Under the pieces are notes generated by a model. That model was given only the letters and a program-made list of their open reading frames with translations. It was not told the origin of the DNA and did not search any database. A stretch of 63,195 bases of DNA, counting the filler. It is 4 parts of 4 records of this genome, joined end to end, with 100 filler letters (N's around TTAATTAATTAA, not from the genome) between each part and the next. Parts side by side here need not be neighbours in the genome. Positions count along the whole stretch, not along the records: positions 15,148 to 46,404 come from SRR20825006_1156; 3 more parts are not named here. One strand, written 5' to 3'. The position numbers were made by a program, and so were the translations under genes. How positions within the stretch are numbered: position 1 is the stretch's first letter; every line of letters starts with the position of its first letter. Positions 31,231-41,251 of the stretch are shown here, piece by piece.

Positions 31231-31485
31231 GCCTCCAATTCAAACATAGTTTCCGCCTCTGTCGGTTCGGCTTTTCTCTTGAAACCGGTCCGCAAAGAGG
31301 GTCTGACGGGGTGCCGCGATTTCGACAGTCAATTCCAAGCAGCCGTAGCCGTTCCGTAGCTGTGGTTCAAGCAGGGAATTGTCACATCTTTGTTTCCATA
31401 ATTTGGCAGTGGGGATGCCTGTCCTTTTATTTCTGCCTTCCGGTAATGTGCTTGGCGTCTGGCTGGTCTCTGAATATAGAAAAAT

Positions 31486-32328
31486 GTGATGACTTTATCA
31501 GTAGAACAAATTGCCGGTGATTCCTCATTTTTACCTGCGCTCGCCTCATTTGGCGCGCGGATGAAAGATGTCTATGACGAACACCAGAGGCTTGCGGGCA
31601 ATTTCAGCTTTCACCGCCGCTGGCTGATCAGTCAGGCCGCCATGGCGCTTTATTGGGATTCGGGAGAAGCACTGACCGTTTCAAGGTTGGTTGCTGTTCT
31701 TAAGCCATTCGAGGTTGCGAGCCCCAATACCATTCGCGATTTCATGGACGAGCTTGAAGCATGTCGTTTTATTATTCCTGATCCCGAATTTACCAGCCTC
31801 CGTCCGCGATATTGGAGACCTTCGTCTCTCGTTGTCGATGTCGTGTCGAAATGGTTTTCTGCCAATCTGGCTATACTGGACGGACTTGACGGTGGAGACC
31901 GCGCTCCCCGTTTCTTGTCCGAGCCGGAGCTTCTGTCGCGCATTCAGCCGCGTCTTGCCTGGCATTGCCTGGAAGATCGGCGGTGGCGTATTCCTCCAAA
32001 ACGCATTGCCTTCCTTCTGACTTCGATTTCAGGTGGTCTCGTTATGGATCACATTGCCATTCTGGTCGGCAATGCACCGCGTGTCGGCAACCTGTTTATG
32101 ATCCCGACGATTGATGCGCACGCCATTGCCTCGCAGATCCGCATATCCAGAACACATTTGCAGCGAACCTTGAACAAGGTAATGCAAGCCGGAGCGCTGG
32201 GCTGGCAGGGACAGGCATTTGAAAGCGATATGTGGGTCGATAGCACTTTTATTGAAGAGTATTGCGGCTGGCAGGCGGTTAAATCGCATTACCTCGACGA
32301 AGCATTTGAAATGGTTTGCTGGAAATAG
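31486..32328 (+). CDS. Uncharacterised rhizobial protein with two putative winged-HTH segments
   Basis: 280-aa ORF with HTH-like segments VASPNTIRDFMDELEACRFI and ISRTHLQRTLNKVMQAG. Confidence 0.6.
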   Translation: MMTLSVEQIAGDSSFLPALASFGARMKDVYDEHQRLAGNFSFHRRWLISQAAMALYWDSGEALTVSRLVAVLKPFEVASPNTIRDFMDELEACRFIIPDPEFTSLRPRYWRPSSLVVDVVSKWFSANLAILDGLDGGDRAPRFLSEPELLSRIQPRLAWHCLEDRRWRIPPKRIAFLLTSISGGLVMDHIAILVGNAPRVGNLFMIPTIDAHAIASQIRISRTHLQRTLNKVMQAGALGWQGQAFESDMWVDSTFIEEYCGWQAVKSHYLDEAFEMVCWK

Positions 32329-32533
32329 CTCAAACAACATTGCCAGTTAAGCCAATCGGTGCATGAAGGCAGAATGTTGTGCATTATATCTCGGATTCCA
32401 GGCCGATGTAGTTTAAAAGACCATTTACCTTGTGTCGCTAAACTAAAACCACTTCGGGTTGCTGCGCGGATTTTCTGTGCATTTTATGATTGCTTTTTCG
32501 GGTGTTTTCCTGAGCGCATAGGGTCTTTAACGG

Positions 32534-33697
32534 ATGATGATGATGACGTTGGAAAAGCCGCATATGCGAGAACAGGCTCCTGCGGTTCGGCAGGCCATAG
32601 ACACACTCCCCGAATCGGTGCTTCTGACTGATAGCGCAGGTCTGGTTGAGCTTGCGAATGATGCAGCGCTTCATCTGTTCGACGCCGAAGCGTCTGAACT
32701 TGTTGGCAAGCCGCTTGCGCAGTGGTTTTCACAAGAGGATGCGGCTGCGCTCGACACGGTTATGCTCAATGTCAGTGACAGTGAACCGGGATGCCGTCTG
32801 GAAGAGATTTCTGCAGCTATAGATCGTCCGCCGATGAAGCGGGTTCGGCTTTCAATAGCGAGAATGCGCCATCGCAAGGGGCTGTGTGTTGTCGTTCACC
32901 GGGTCTTCGCCAGTGCAAATATGCATGGAAATACCAGGTCTCCTGTGAAAACAGAAACGACAGGATTTTCACAATTCGAGAGTTTCAGCTCGGGAAACCA
33001 GCCTGGCGTGAAGATGGTCCAGTCCGGTTTGCCGGCCGCTGATCAGTTTAAGGTCGAGCAGAAACGGCGACATGCGCATATGCCCAGGGTTCTCGATACA
33101 TCCGAAGACTGGCTTGCTCCGAAAGTGGCATCTGAGGTTGAATTGGTTTCAGGTCGTCAGCCGGATGGGGCGGCCAGTCCCGTCAAATCGTTCAATCGTG
33201 ATTTGTACGCGGTTTTTGAAGGTGAGCGCGAACGTAAGCAATGGGCTGACGACGAGCCGGAGGTTTCGCCGGTCGCCTGCCTCGAACGCTCCGTTTCAGG
33301 TCGCCGTCAGCAGGCCGTTTCTGAAACCGTACGCATTGTGATGACAGTGGACGAGGGGATAGCGGATACTCCTCTTGATGAAGAGCATCTGTTCCGGCTG
33401 TTTGATACCTTGGTGGAGCGTCTGATCGCAGTAAGTCCGCCTTACTGTGACGCGAAAATTGAGATGTCTCGTGCAGAATCAAGTGGGTTTACGGTACGCT
33501 TCAACGATATCGGTCGTGGTTTGACCGAAGATGAATTGCGTATTCTGTCAGACCAACCGGATTTGGCGGTGTTGCCGTCGCATACGCTTTTGCTGGAAGC
33601 TCAGCGTTTCGCCTCAAATCTGGGTATCGACCTGAATTACCGGACATCTGTTGAGGCCGGGACATCGATTGTGGTTGTCTGGAGGAATTTGCACTGA
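32534..33697 (+). CDS. PAS plus degenerate HATPase_c protein, PdhS/CbrA-like remnant without an H-box
   Basis: N-terminal PAS (AIDTLPESVLLTDSAGLVELANDAALHLF). The C-terminal fold keeps G1 (NDIGRGLT) and the terminal GT, but not the N-box or G2 box. Confidence 0.65.
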   Translation: MMMMTLEKPHMREQAPAVRQAIDTLPESVLLTDSAGLVELANDAALHLFDAEASELVGKPLAQWFSQEDAAALDTVMLNVSDSEPGCRLEEISAAIDRPPMKRVRLSIARMRHRKGLCVVVHRVFASANMHGNTRSPVKTETTGFSQFESFSSGNQPGVKMVQSGLPAADQFKVEQKRRHAHMPRVLDTSEDWLAPKVASEVELVSGRQPDGAASPVKSFNRDLYAVFEGERERKQWADDEPEVSPVACLERSVSGRRQQAVSETVRIVMTVDEGIADTPLDEEHLFRLFDTLVERLIAVSPPYCDAKIEMSRAESSGFTVRFNDIGRGLTEDELRILSDQPDLAVLPSHTLLLEAQRFASNLGIDLNYRTSVEAGTSIVVVWRNLH

Positions 33698-33906
33698 TTT
33701 CTGTGCGTTGCCACAGGTTGGATATGAAAGTCAGGCCCTTTGACAACAGGTTATCGGCTTAAATTTGATCTGGTTCGCTGCGTGAATGGAATACCGTGGC
33801 AAGAAACGCGCCGCTTACGAGTGCCTGAACCTGCTTTGAGCCGGGAATAAATTTTCAAATGCAAAGCGCAACGACTTGTACGCCCACACTGGTCGTTTTT
33901 TGATGA

Positions 33907-34098
33907 TCAGGCGCCAACGGCACGCATAGTTGGGCGGAGTGCACTTGCATCATGATGACGGCCAGAGGAGCAAAAGCCCTTTGCAATCGCGCGATCGATG
34001 CCACGCTGGCCATGATAGCCATTGGTCGACCGTCCAAGTTCGAGCGAGAAGCGATTGTTCAGCATCAGAGAAGCATCCATGTCTTCATAGGGTTTCAT
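33907..34098 (-). CDS. Possible 63-aa small protein of unknown function
   Basis: ATG-started ORF with host-like codon choice in an otherwise empty ~540-nt gap. No recognisable motif. Confidence 0.3.
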   Translation of the reverse strand: MKPYEDMDASLMLNNRFSLELGRSTNGYHGQRGIDRAIAKGFCSSGRHHDASALRPTMRAVGA

Positions 34099-34234
34099 TT
34101 GCCTTGGATCCTGTGTTTAAACATCCTCCCAAGACATGACCCAATATCGTTGATGCAAACGTTTTAAGCAATCACGTTTGCCGTGATGCAGCCATGCGCA
34201 GGGTGCATGTCAGGCGCTTCGGCGCTGGAACCTG

Positions 34235-35080
34235 TCAGTCAAGATTTCGGCGAAACGACTGCAGATCCTGCCATGCAAGTTTTTTGTTCGCTGGGGCTGC
34301 CAGAAGTTCAGATGGTGAGAAAGAGACCAATGTCGGTACAGTCTGGCCGGAAATCTGAAGGTTTTGCCATTGGCCGCGCAGTTCAAACACGGTCTTCTTG
34401 CGGTCAATCAGCAGGCGGCTTGCAAAATTGCCCATCAGGAGCAGGGCTTTTGGTTCAGCAAGTGCAATCTGGCGGGTCAGGAACGGAACACAAATGTCTG
34501 CTTCCGAGATTGTCGGGCTGCGATCTCCCGGCGTGCGCCAGGGGATCGCGGTCGTGATACCAACGTCATCACGCGATAAGCCGATTGCGGCAAGCATACG
34601 CTCGAATAACAGGCCTGCACGGCCCGATAGTGCCTGTCCGGCTCGGTCATCATCTCCGGTCGGAAAGCCGCAAACAGCAAGTATTCCACTTTCCGGCATC
34701 GCTTCAAGGCAGATTGTCGAGCGGGCATTGTGCTTGAGATTGCATCCGGAAAAAGAAGCCAGAACATCTTTCAGAGAGGCAAGCGAGCGTGCACTTTCAG
34801 CAGCAAATCGTGCATCTGAAACCGCCTTTTCATCCGGGATCGTTGTTTGGGAACTGATCGTAGACGGCGCGGATTGCGGTGATGTTTTGGCCGCATCAGA
34901 TTTTCCCGACTGGCTGTCAGCTGCCGGGTGTGTCTCGTTTGAAGTGGCTGTCTTTTGGGGCGCGAGCTGTACGAGCCGGTCTGACGGTATATCATCGACA
35001 AGCGTATCAATTCCCGCCTCTGCATAAAAATGCAGAAGCGCGGCTGTTTCCCGTGCCGTAAGTTCACTCGCCTTGATCAT
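34235..35080 (-). CDS. Uracil-DNA glycosylase family-4-like protein with divergent motifs
   Basis: LLHFYAEAGID N-terminus, FSGCNLK, GRAGLLFERMLAAIGL, PWRTPGDRSP and KKLAWQDL. Confidence 0.82.
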   Translation of the reverse strand: MIKASELTARETAALLHFYAEAGIDTLVDDIPSDRLVQLAPQKTATSNETHPAADSQSGKSDAAKTSPQSAPSTISSQTTIPDEKAVSDARFAAESARSLASLKDVLASFSGCNLKHNARSTICLEAMPESGILAVCGFPTGDDDRAGQALSGRAGLLFERMLAAIGLSRDDVGITTAIPWRTPGDRSPTISEADICVPFLTRQIALAEPKALLLMGNFASRLLIDRKKTVFELRGQWQNLQISGQTVPTLVSFSPSELLAAPANKKLAWQDLQSFRRNLD

Positions 35081-35123
35081 GTCCGGTTCATAGCATGGCC
35101 GGTGAGCCGCGCAAATGCTGTCG

Positions 35124-35912
35124 TCAAATGCCGTGGATTGCGCCGCCATCGCAACGAATCAGGCTGCCGGTTATATAGCTCGCCGGTTTGGAGCAAAGAA
35201 ACGCGGCGACATTGGCAAATTCCTCAACGCGACCGAGCCTTTGTGCCGGAATTGAGGCCAGCGAAGCTTTGCGCACTTCCTGCAGGCTCTTGCCGCTACG
35301 TTCTGCATTGGCGTGATCCAGTTCGTCAATTCGGTCCGTGTGGATACGTCCCGGCAGCAGAAGGTTCGTTGTAATGCCTTCAGCGGCGATTTCGCTTGAA
35401 AGCGTCTTGTTCCAGCCGACGAGGGCAGAGCGCAGCGTGTTTGAAAGCGCCAGATTGGGGATTGGTTCGACAACGCCGCCGGAAGCAATGGTCAGAACGC
35501 GCCCCCAACCCTTCTCCTTCATCATTGGAATGACGGCATTGGTCAGCGTTATCAGCGGCAAAACCATGCTGTTGAAGAAGGTGTTGAGTTTTTCCGGGGT
35601 CATTTCGGAAACAGTTCCCGGTGTCGGGCCGCCGGTATTGTTGACCAGAATATCGATGCCGCCGAGCTTTTCATCTATGGCCTTCAGGAGTGTTTCGGTA
35701 AAATCGGGTGCAGCGATATCAGCGACAACGAAGTCTGCCTTGCCGTTCGTGGTTTCATTGATGCTCTTGCAGTTGGCAGAGAGGCGATCGGCTGTGCGTC
35801 CGCACAAAAGCACATGCGCACCTTCCTTCGCCAGCGCTTCGGCAACGCCTGCACCCAGTCCGCGCGAAGATGCCAGAACCACGGCTCTCCTGTCTGCAAT
35901 ACCAAAATCCAT
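35124..35912 (-). CDS. SDR family oxidoreductase
   Basis: ASSRGLG, DILVNNTGGP, SNTLR and PGRIHTDR. Confidence 0.9.
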   Translation of the reverse strand: MDFGIADRRAVVLASSRGLGAGVAEALAKEGAHVLLCGRTADRLSANCKSINETTNGKADFVVADIAAPDFTETLLKAIDEKLGGIDILVNNTGGPTPGTVSEMTPEKLNTFFNSMVLPLITLTNAVIPMMKEKGWGRVLTIASGGVVEPIPNLALSNTLRSALVGWNKTLSSEIAAEGITTNLLLPGRIHTDRIDELDHANAERSGKSLQEVRKASLASIPAQRLGRVEEFANVAAFLCSKPASYITGSLIRCDGGAIHGI

Positions 35913-36154
35913 AAGAGAAATCCTTGTTTGAAAAAGCCGCGCTTGAAGAGAAAAGCGGCACGTCTTGATTTGGTGCTACAATAAACGTGGCGGGCGTCGC
36001 GTTTCAATCAATAACAGACGCACAGATATGTGCCTGATCAAACGCAGCTGTGAAAAGTTGAGATAAAGGGCTGGCGGCGTTAGGACTATTTACAGAGCAC
36101 CGGTTTTTGCACAATAGTGTAAGAAAGTAACCTATAGGGAATGTGAGGAAAAGC

Positions 36155-37813
36155 ATGACAGAAGCTTTGCCGGAACGCGAAAGCATGGATGTGGATGTTG
36201 TGATTGTCGGCGCAGGTCCGGCTGGCCTTGCAGCTGCGATCCGGCTCAAGCAACTCAACGAAGATCTTGTTGTTGTTGTGCTGGAGAAGGGGGCGGAAGT
36301 CGGAGCCCATATTCTGTCCGGCGCGGTGGTGGACCCGATTGGGATCGACAAGCTTCTTCCCGGCTGGCGGGAAGAGGAAGGACACCCGTTCAAGACGCCG
36401 GTTACCAAAGACAAGTTCCAGTTCCTTGGCCCGGCAGGTGCGCTTTCGCTTCCCAATTTCCTCATGCCGCCGTTGATGAACAATCACGGTAACTACATTG
36501 TTTCTCTTGGCAATGTCTGTCGCTGGCTGGCCGAAAAGGCCGAAGCGCTGGGCGTGGAGATTTATCCCGGCTTTGCGGCAACTGAAGTTCTTTATGATGA
36601 AAATGGTGCCGTTACCGGTGTCGCGACCGGCGACATGGGCGTTGAACGCGATGGTACGCCGGGGCCGAATTTCACGCGCGGCATGGCGCTTTACGGAAAA
36701 TATGTGCTGATCGGTGAGGGCGTTCGCGGTTCGCTGGCCAAGCAGTTGATTGCAAAGTTCAAGCTTGATGATGGACGCGAACCGCAGAAATATGGACTCG
36801 GACTGAAAGAGCTGTGGCAGGTGAAGCCGGAGCACCACCAGCCTGGGCTCGTTCAGCACTCGTTTGGGTGGCCGCTTGATGGCAAGACCGGCGGCGGCTC
36901 ATTCCTGTATCATCTGGAAGACAATCAGGTCGCCGTCGGTTTTGTCGTGCACCTGAATTACAAGAACCCTTACCTGTTTCCATTCGAGGAGTTTCAGCGG
37001 TTCAAGACGCATCCGGCCATTGCACCGACATTCGAAGGCGCAAAGCGCGTTTCCTATGGTGCCCGTGCGATTTCGGAAGGCGGGTATCAGTCTGTACCGA
37101 AACTTTCCTTTCCCGGTGGTGCGCTGATCGGCTGTTCGGCCGGTTTCGTCAACGTGCCAAGGATCAAAGGTTCGCATAACGCTGTACTTTCGGGCATGAT
37201 GGCGGCGGACCGTGTAGCCGAAGCGATTACGGCAGATCGCGCCAATGATGAAATTGCAGAAATCGAAAGCGACTGGCGTGACAGTGCCATAGGGCAGGAT
37301 CTGAAGAAGGTTCGCAACGTCAAACCCTTGTGGTCGAAGTTTGGAACAATGGCCGGAATTGCCATCGGTGGACTGGATATGTGGATCAACACGCTTTTCG
37401 GCTTTTCCGTGTTCGGCACGATGAAGCACGGCAAGACAGATGCGGCCTGTCTGGAGCCAGCCGATAAGCACCAGCCCATCGACTACCCGAAACCGGATGG
37501 TGTGTTGACCTTCGATCGCTTGTCATCTGTGTTTCTGTCCAACACAAACCATGAGGAAGATCAGCCGGTCCATCTCAAGGTTCAGGATATGGATTTACAG
37601 AAAAACTCTGAATGGGCCGTTTTTGCCGGGCCTTCCAGTCGGTACTGTCCGGCTGGAGTTTATGAATGGGTAGACGAAGATGGCGAGAAGAAATTTGTCA
37701 TCAATGCCCAGAACTGCGTGCACTGTAAAACCTGTGATATCAAGGATCCGAACCAGAACATCAACTGGGTGCCACCACAGGGCGGTGAAGGACCGGTCTA
37801 TCCGAACATGTGA
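36155..37813 (+). CDS. Electron transfer flavoprotein-ubiquinone oxidoreductase
   Basis: GAGPAG FAD motif, HILSGAV and a C-terminal Fe-S motif CPAGVYE...NCVHCKTC. Confidence 0.96.
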   Translation: MTEALPERESMDVDVVIVGAGPAGLAAAIRLKQLNEDLVVVVLEKGAEVGAHILSGAVVDPIGIDKLLPGWREEEGHPFKTPVTKDKFQFLGPAGALSLPNFLMPPLMNNHGNYIVSLGNVCRWLAEKAEALGVEIYPGFAATEVLYDENGAVTGVATGDMGVERDGTPGPNFTRGMALYGKYVLIGEGVRGSLAKQLIAKFKLDDGREPQKYGLGLKELWQVKPEHHQPGLVQHSFGWPLDGKTGGGSFLYHLEDNQVAVGFVVHLNYKNPYLFPFEEFQRFKTHPAIAPTFEGAKRVSYGARAISEGGYQSVPKLSFPGGALIGCSAGFVNVPRIKGSHNAVLSGMMAADRVAEAITADRANDEIAEIESDWRDSAIGQDLKKVRNVKPLWSKFGTMAGIAIGGLDMWINTLFGFSVFGTMKHGKTDAACLEPADKHQPIDYPKPDGVLTFDRLSSVFLSNTNHEEDQPVHLKVQDMDLQKNSEWAVFAGPSSRYCPAGVYEWVDEDGEKKFVINAQNCVHCKTCDIKDPNQNINWVPPQGGEGPVYPNM

Positions 37814-37914
37814 CGCCGGAACAGTTTTAGATGGTCCGGGGCGCTTAACGCGCTTCCCGGAACCATCATATGCGTTTAGGCGTTGGTTCGCCGAAACCAA
37901 CCTGAAGGCATGTC

Positions 37915-38820
37915 ATGCGTCTTAAAGGCATATTCAACCGCGATGGCGGTACGTTCAAAACCACAGATATGGAAGCGTTCTGCAACCTTGCAACCGGTGT
38001 TTTCGAAAGAAACGGACATGAGTTCACCTGTGAAATTGTCAGTGGTGACAATGTCGCAGATGCACTGAAACTGGCCGCCGGTGATGATCCCGGTGACGGT
38101 GTTGTTATCGGTGGTGGTGACGGCACGATATCCATGGCAAGCGGGAGCCTTCAGGGATCAGATAAGGTTCTTGGCGTTCTTCCTGCGGGAACCATGAATC
38201 TGTTTTCGCGCAGTCTTGGCCTTTCGCAGGATCTCGAAGAGGCATTGCATCAACTTGCAAGCGGAAAGCTGGCGCGCGTCGATGTTCCAATGATGAATGG
38301 CCGACCGTTCATCCATCAGTTTTCCGCCGGTCTTCATGCTGCCATGGTCAAGAACCGCGAGCGGCTCGATTATCAGTCCCGCCTTGGCAAAATCTCCGCC
38401 AGCACCCGCGCATGGTTTGACGTATTGCGTATGGTGCCCGAGTTTGAGCTGTTTTACCAAACACCTGAAACGCATGGTGAAGGTGTTTTCTCCATGGCAC
38501 TGATTGCCAATAATCGTATCGACACGAATATGCTGCCCTTTACTGATCGGCCAAATGGCGGTGTCCTCGGCGTTTATCTCGTCAAAGCCTTGGCCGGTGA
38601 AACGGTGACCAGCATTGCGCTCGATATTCTGTCGGGCCAGTTTCAGGACAGCGATGCTGTGATTCGCCTTGAGACGCCGGAAATCGTCCTTAAATTCGGT
38701 GCAACGGCCTCAGATCAGGCTCTTGATGGCGACATGATCGATCCGGAAACGGATGTGATGATCAAGCAGAATCCGGGCGCGCTCAATGTCATCGTGCCTG
38801 CTGAAAGCCGACTGAGTTGA
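37915..38820 (+). CDS. Diacylglycerol/lipid kinase family protein
   Basis: GGGDGT, LPAGTMNLF and LDGD. Confidence 0.88.
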   Translation: MRLKGIFNRDGGTFKTTDMEAFCNLATGVFERNGHEFTCEIVSGDNVADALKLAAGDDPGDGVVIGGGDGTISMASGSLQGSDKVLGVLPAGTMNLFSRSLGLSQDLEEALHQLASGKLARVDVPMMNGRPFIHQFSAGLHAAMVKNRERLDYQSRLGKISASTRAWFDVLRMVPEFELFYQTPETHGEGVFSMALIANNRIDTNMLPFTDRPNGGVLGVYLVKALAGETVTSIALDILSGQFQDSDAVIRLETPEIVLKFGATASDQALDGDMIDPETDVMIKQNPGALNVIVPAESRLS

Positions 38821-38836
38821 TGAAGCTTTCCAGAGA

Positions 38837-40333
38837 TTACTGGAAAGCCGTTTCATAAAAGCTTCTGAGCTTACGAGAATGCAGGCGTTCCGAGGGCATC
38901 TCCGAGAGTTTCTGCACGGCCTTTATGCCGATCTTCAGATGCTGACGTACCTGTGTGGTGTAAAATGCCGTTGCCATGCCCGGCAGCTTCAGTTCACCAT
39001 GCAGCGGTCTGTCCGAAACACACAGCAGCGTTCCATAAGGCACACGGAAGCGGAAGCCGTTGGCGGCAATCGTTGCGGATTCCATATCAAGAGCGATGGC
39101 GCGGGATTGCGACAACCGCTTGACCGGACCACGCTGATCGGAAAGCTCCCAATTGCGGTTATCAATGGTCGCGACCGTACCTGTGCGCATGATTCGCTTC
39201 AGTTCGTAACCTTCATAGCCGGTCACTTCGCCGACGGCAGATTCCAGCGCTTGCTGGATTTCGGCCAGTGCGGGGATCGGCACCCAGACCGGTAAGTCGT
39301 CATCCAGCACGTGGTCCTCACGCACATATGCGTGAGCGAGTACATAATCGCCAAGCTTTTGGCTGTTTCGCAGGCCCGCACAATGGCCCAGCATCAGCCA
39401 GGCATGTGGACGCAAGACTGCGATGTGATCGGTGATCGTCTTGGCGTTGGAGGGGCCGACGCCGATATTGACCATGGTGATGCCGCTGTTGTCAGGCCTC
39501 TTGAGGTGGTAAGCGGGCATTTGCGGCATACGCGCGGATTTTCGGCCGCCTTCCGGTTCGCTCTCACCTGGAAGCGTGACATTGTTACCTGGCTCGACGA
39601 AGGCAGCATAGCCGTCGCCTCCAGATGCCATGACTTCGCGGGCATAATTGCAGAATTCGTCGACGTAGAACTGATAATTGGTAAACAGCACGAAATTCTG
39701 GAAATGCGCTGCGCTGGTTGCGGTGTAGTGGCTCAGACGCGCCAATGAATAGTCGATCCGCTGGGCGGTGAACGGAGCGAGCGGTCTGGGCTCACCGGCT
39801 TCGGGTTCGTATTCGCCATTGGCAATCAGATCGTCTGTGGTGTTGAGGTCCGGTGTGTCGAAAATATCGCGCAGTGGTACGTCGGCGAGTGCAGCCAGAT
39901 CCGCTTCGATATGGGTGTTCTCGCCAAAAGCGAAATGCAGCGGGATTGGCGTGGTCGATTCCGATACCGTCACTGGGCTGCCATGGTTTTTGATAAGCAG
40001 GTCGAGCTGCTCGATCAGGTAGTTCTCAAACAGAACCGGATGGCTGATCGTGGTTGCGTAAGGGCCGGGGGAGGCCACGTGACCGAAGGAGAGGCGCGAG
40101 TCGGTCAACCCGTAACTGCCGGTCTCGATCATCACCTGCGGATAACAGGCGCGGTAGCGGCCTTCGATTGGTGCGCCGCCCGCCAGTGCCAGAAACGCAT
40201 CAATGATGAAGCGCGTATTGCGCAGATAAAGCGCCTGCAGCGCTTTGACGGCTTCGCCTGCATCAAAGAAACTCTGCGGCTCCGCCGCCTGGGGTGTAAT
40301 GATATTGGCGCTGATCGGTTCGTTCTTGTTCAT
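38837..40333 (-). CDS. amn: AMP nucleosidase
   Basis: LFTNYQFY, PQMPAYHL, GVGPSNAKTITDH, MLGHCAGLR and DMESATIA. Confidence 0.96.
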   Translation of the reverse strand: MNKNEPISANIITPQAAEPQSFFDAGEAVKALQALYLRNTRFIIDAFLALAGGAPIEGRYRACYPQVMIETGSYGLTDSRLSFGHVASPGPYATTISHPVLFENYLIEQLDLLIKNHGSPVTVSESTTPIPLHFAFGENTHIEADLAALADVPLRDIFDTPDLNTTDDLIANGEYEPEAGEPRPLAPFTAQRIDYSLARLSHYTATSAAHFQNFVLFTNYQFYVDEFCNYAREVMASGGDGYAAFVEPGNNVTLPGESEPEGGRKSARMPQMPAYHLKRPDNSGITMVNIGVGPSNAKTITDHIAVLRPHAWLMLGHCAGLRNSQKLGDYVLAHAYVREDHVLDDDLPVWVPIPALAEIQQALESAVGEVTGYEGYELKRIMRTGTVATIDNRNWELSDQRGPVKRLSQSRAIALDMESATIAANGFRFRVPYGTLLCVSDRPLHGELKLPGMATAFYTTQVRQHLKIGIKAVQKLSEMPSERLHSRKLRSFYETAFQ

Positions 40334-40446
40334 GGCGTCCACCCTGCAATTCATTCATTGGTGAAATCGGAATACAATCCGTTTCCACACCTTTTATCGT
40401 GTTTATGTCATTCTATATGGGAGAGGTATAGAGAAGGAGTTTTTCC

Positions 40447-41145
40447 ATGACCACACCGATTGATCTTTATTATTGGCCAACGCCGAATGGCTTCAAAGTG
40501 AGCATCTACCTGGAGGAGGTAGGCGCCCCTTACAAGGTTCACTATGTGAATATCGGCAAGGGTGACCAGTTCAAACCAGAGTTTCTGAAGATCTCCCCCA
40601 ACAATCGAATGCCTGCTATTGTCGATCCGGAAGGCCCCGGCGGCCAGCCGATCTCGGTCTTCGAATCCGGTGCGATTTTGCAGTATCTCGGTCGCAAGTT
40701 TAAAAAATTCTATCCCGAAAACGAGCGCGAACGCGTGGCCGTGGAGGAATGGTTATTCTGGCAGATGGGCGGTTTGGGCCCCATGGCTGGTCAAGCTCAT
40801 CACTTTCGCAATTATGCGCCGGAAAAGATCGAATATGGCATCAATCGCTATACCAATGAGGTGAACCGCCTTTATGGTGTCATGAACAAGCGCCTTTCGG
40901 ATGTTGAATACCTCGGAGGAGAGTATTCCATCGCTGATATGGCGTGTGTCGGTTGGGTGAAGTCCTACGAAGCACAGGGGCAGGACTTGAATGATTTCCC
41001 ACATCTGAAGCGCTGGTTTGAGGCTGTTATGGCGCGTCCTGCTGTTCAGGCCGGGATTGCCGTTGGCAAGGAAGAGACCGCTAAGATGAACCTTGCTGAC
41101 GACAAGAATGCGCAGAGCGTTCTGTTTGGTCAGAAAGCGCGATAA
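40447..41145 (+). CDS. Glutathione S-transferase, nu class (YfcG/YghU-like)
   Basis: TPNGFK, SPNNRMPAI and FESGAILQYL. Confidence 0.92.
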   Translation: MTTPIDLYYWPTPNGFKVSIYLEEVGAPYKVHYVNIGKGDQFKPEFLKISPNNRMPAIVDPEGPGGQPISVFESGAILQYLGRKFKKFYPENERERVAVEEWLFWQMGGLGPMAGQAHHFRNYAPEKIEYGINRYTNEVNRLYGVMNKRLSDVEYLGGEYSIADMACVGWVKSYEAQGQDLNDFPHLKRWFEAVMARPAVQAGIAVGKEETAKMNLADDKNAQSVLFGQKAR

Positions 41146-41251
41146 TCAGCTTCTTTAATCTGGAGTTCGTGCAGAGCTTGACTGGTCGTGAGGCGAACTT
41201 CAGATTCGAGCAATAATGGCGGCCATGCTTTTCTGGCGTCTCGCTGCTGGA

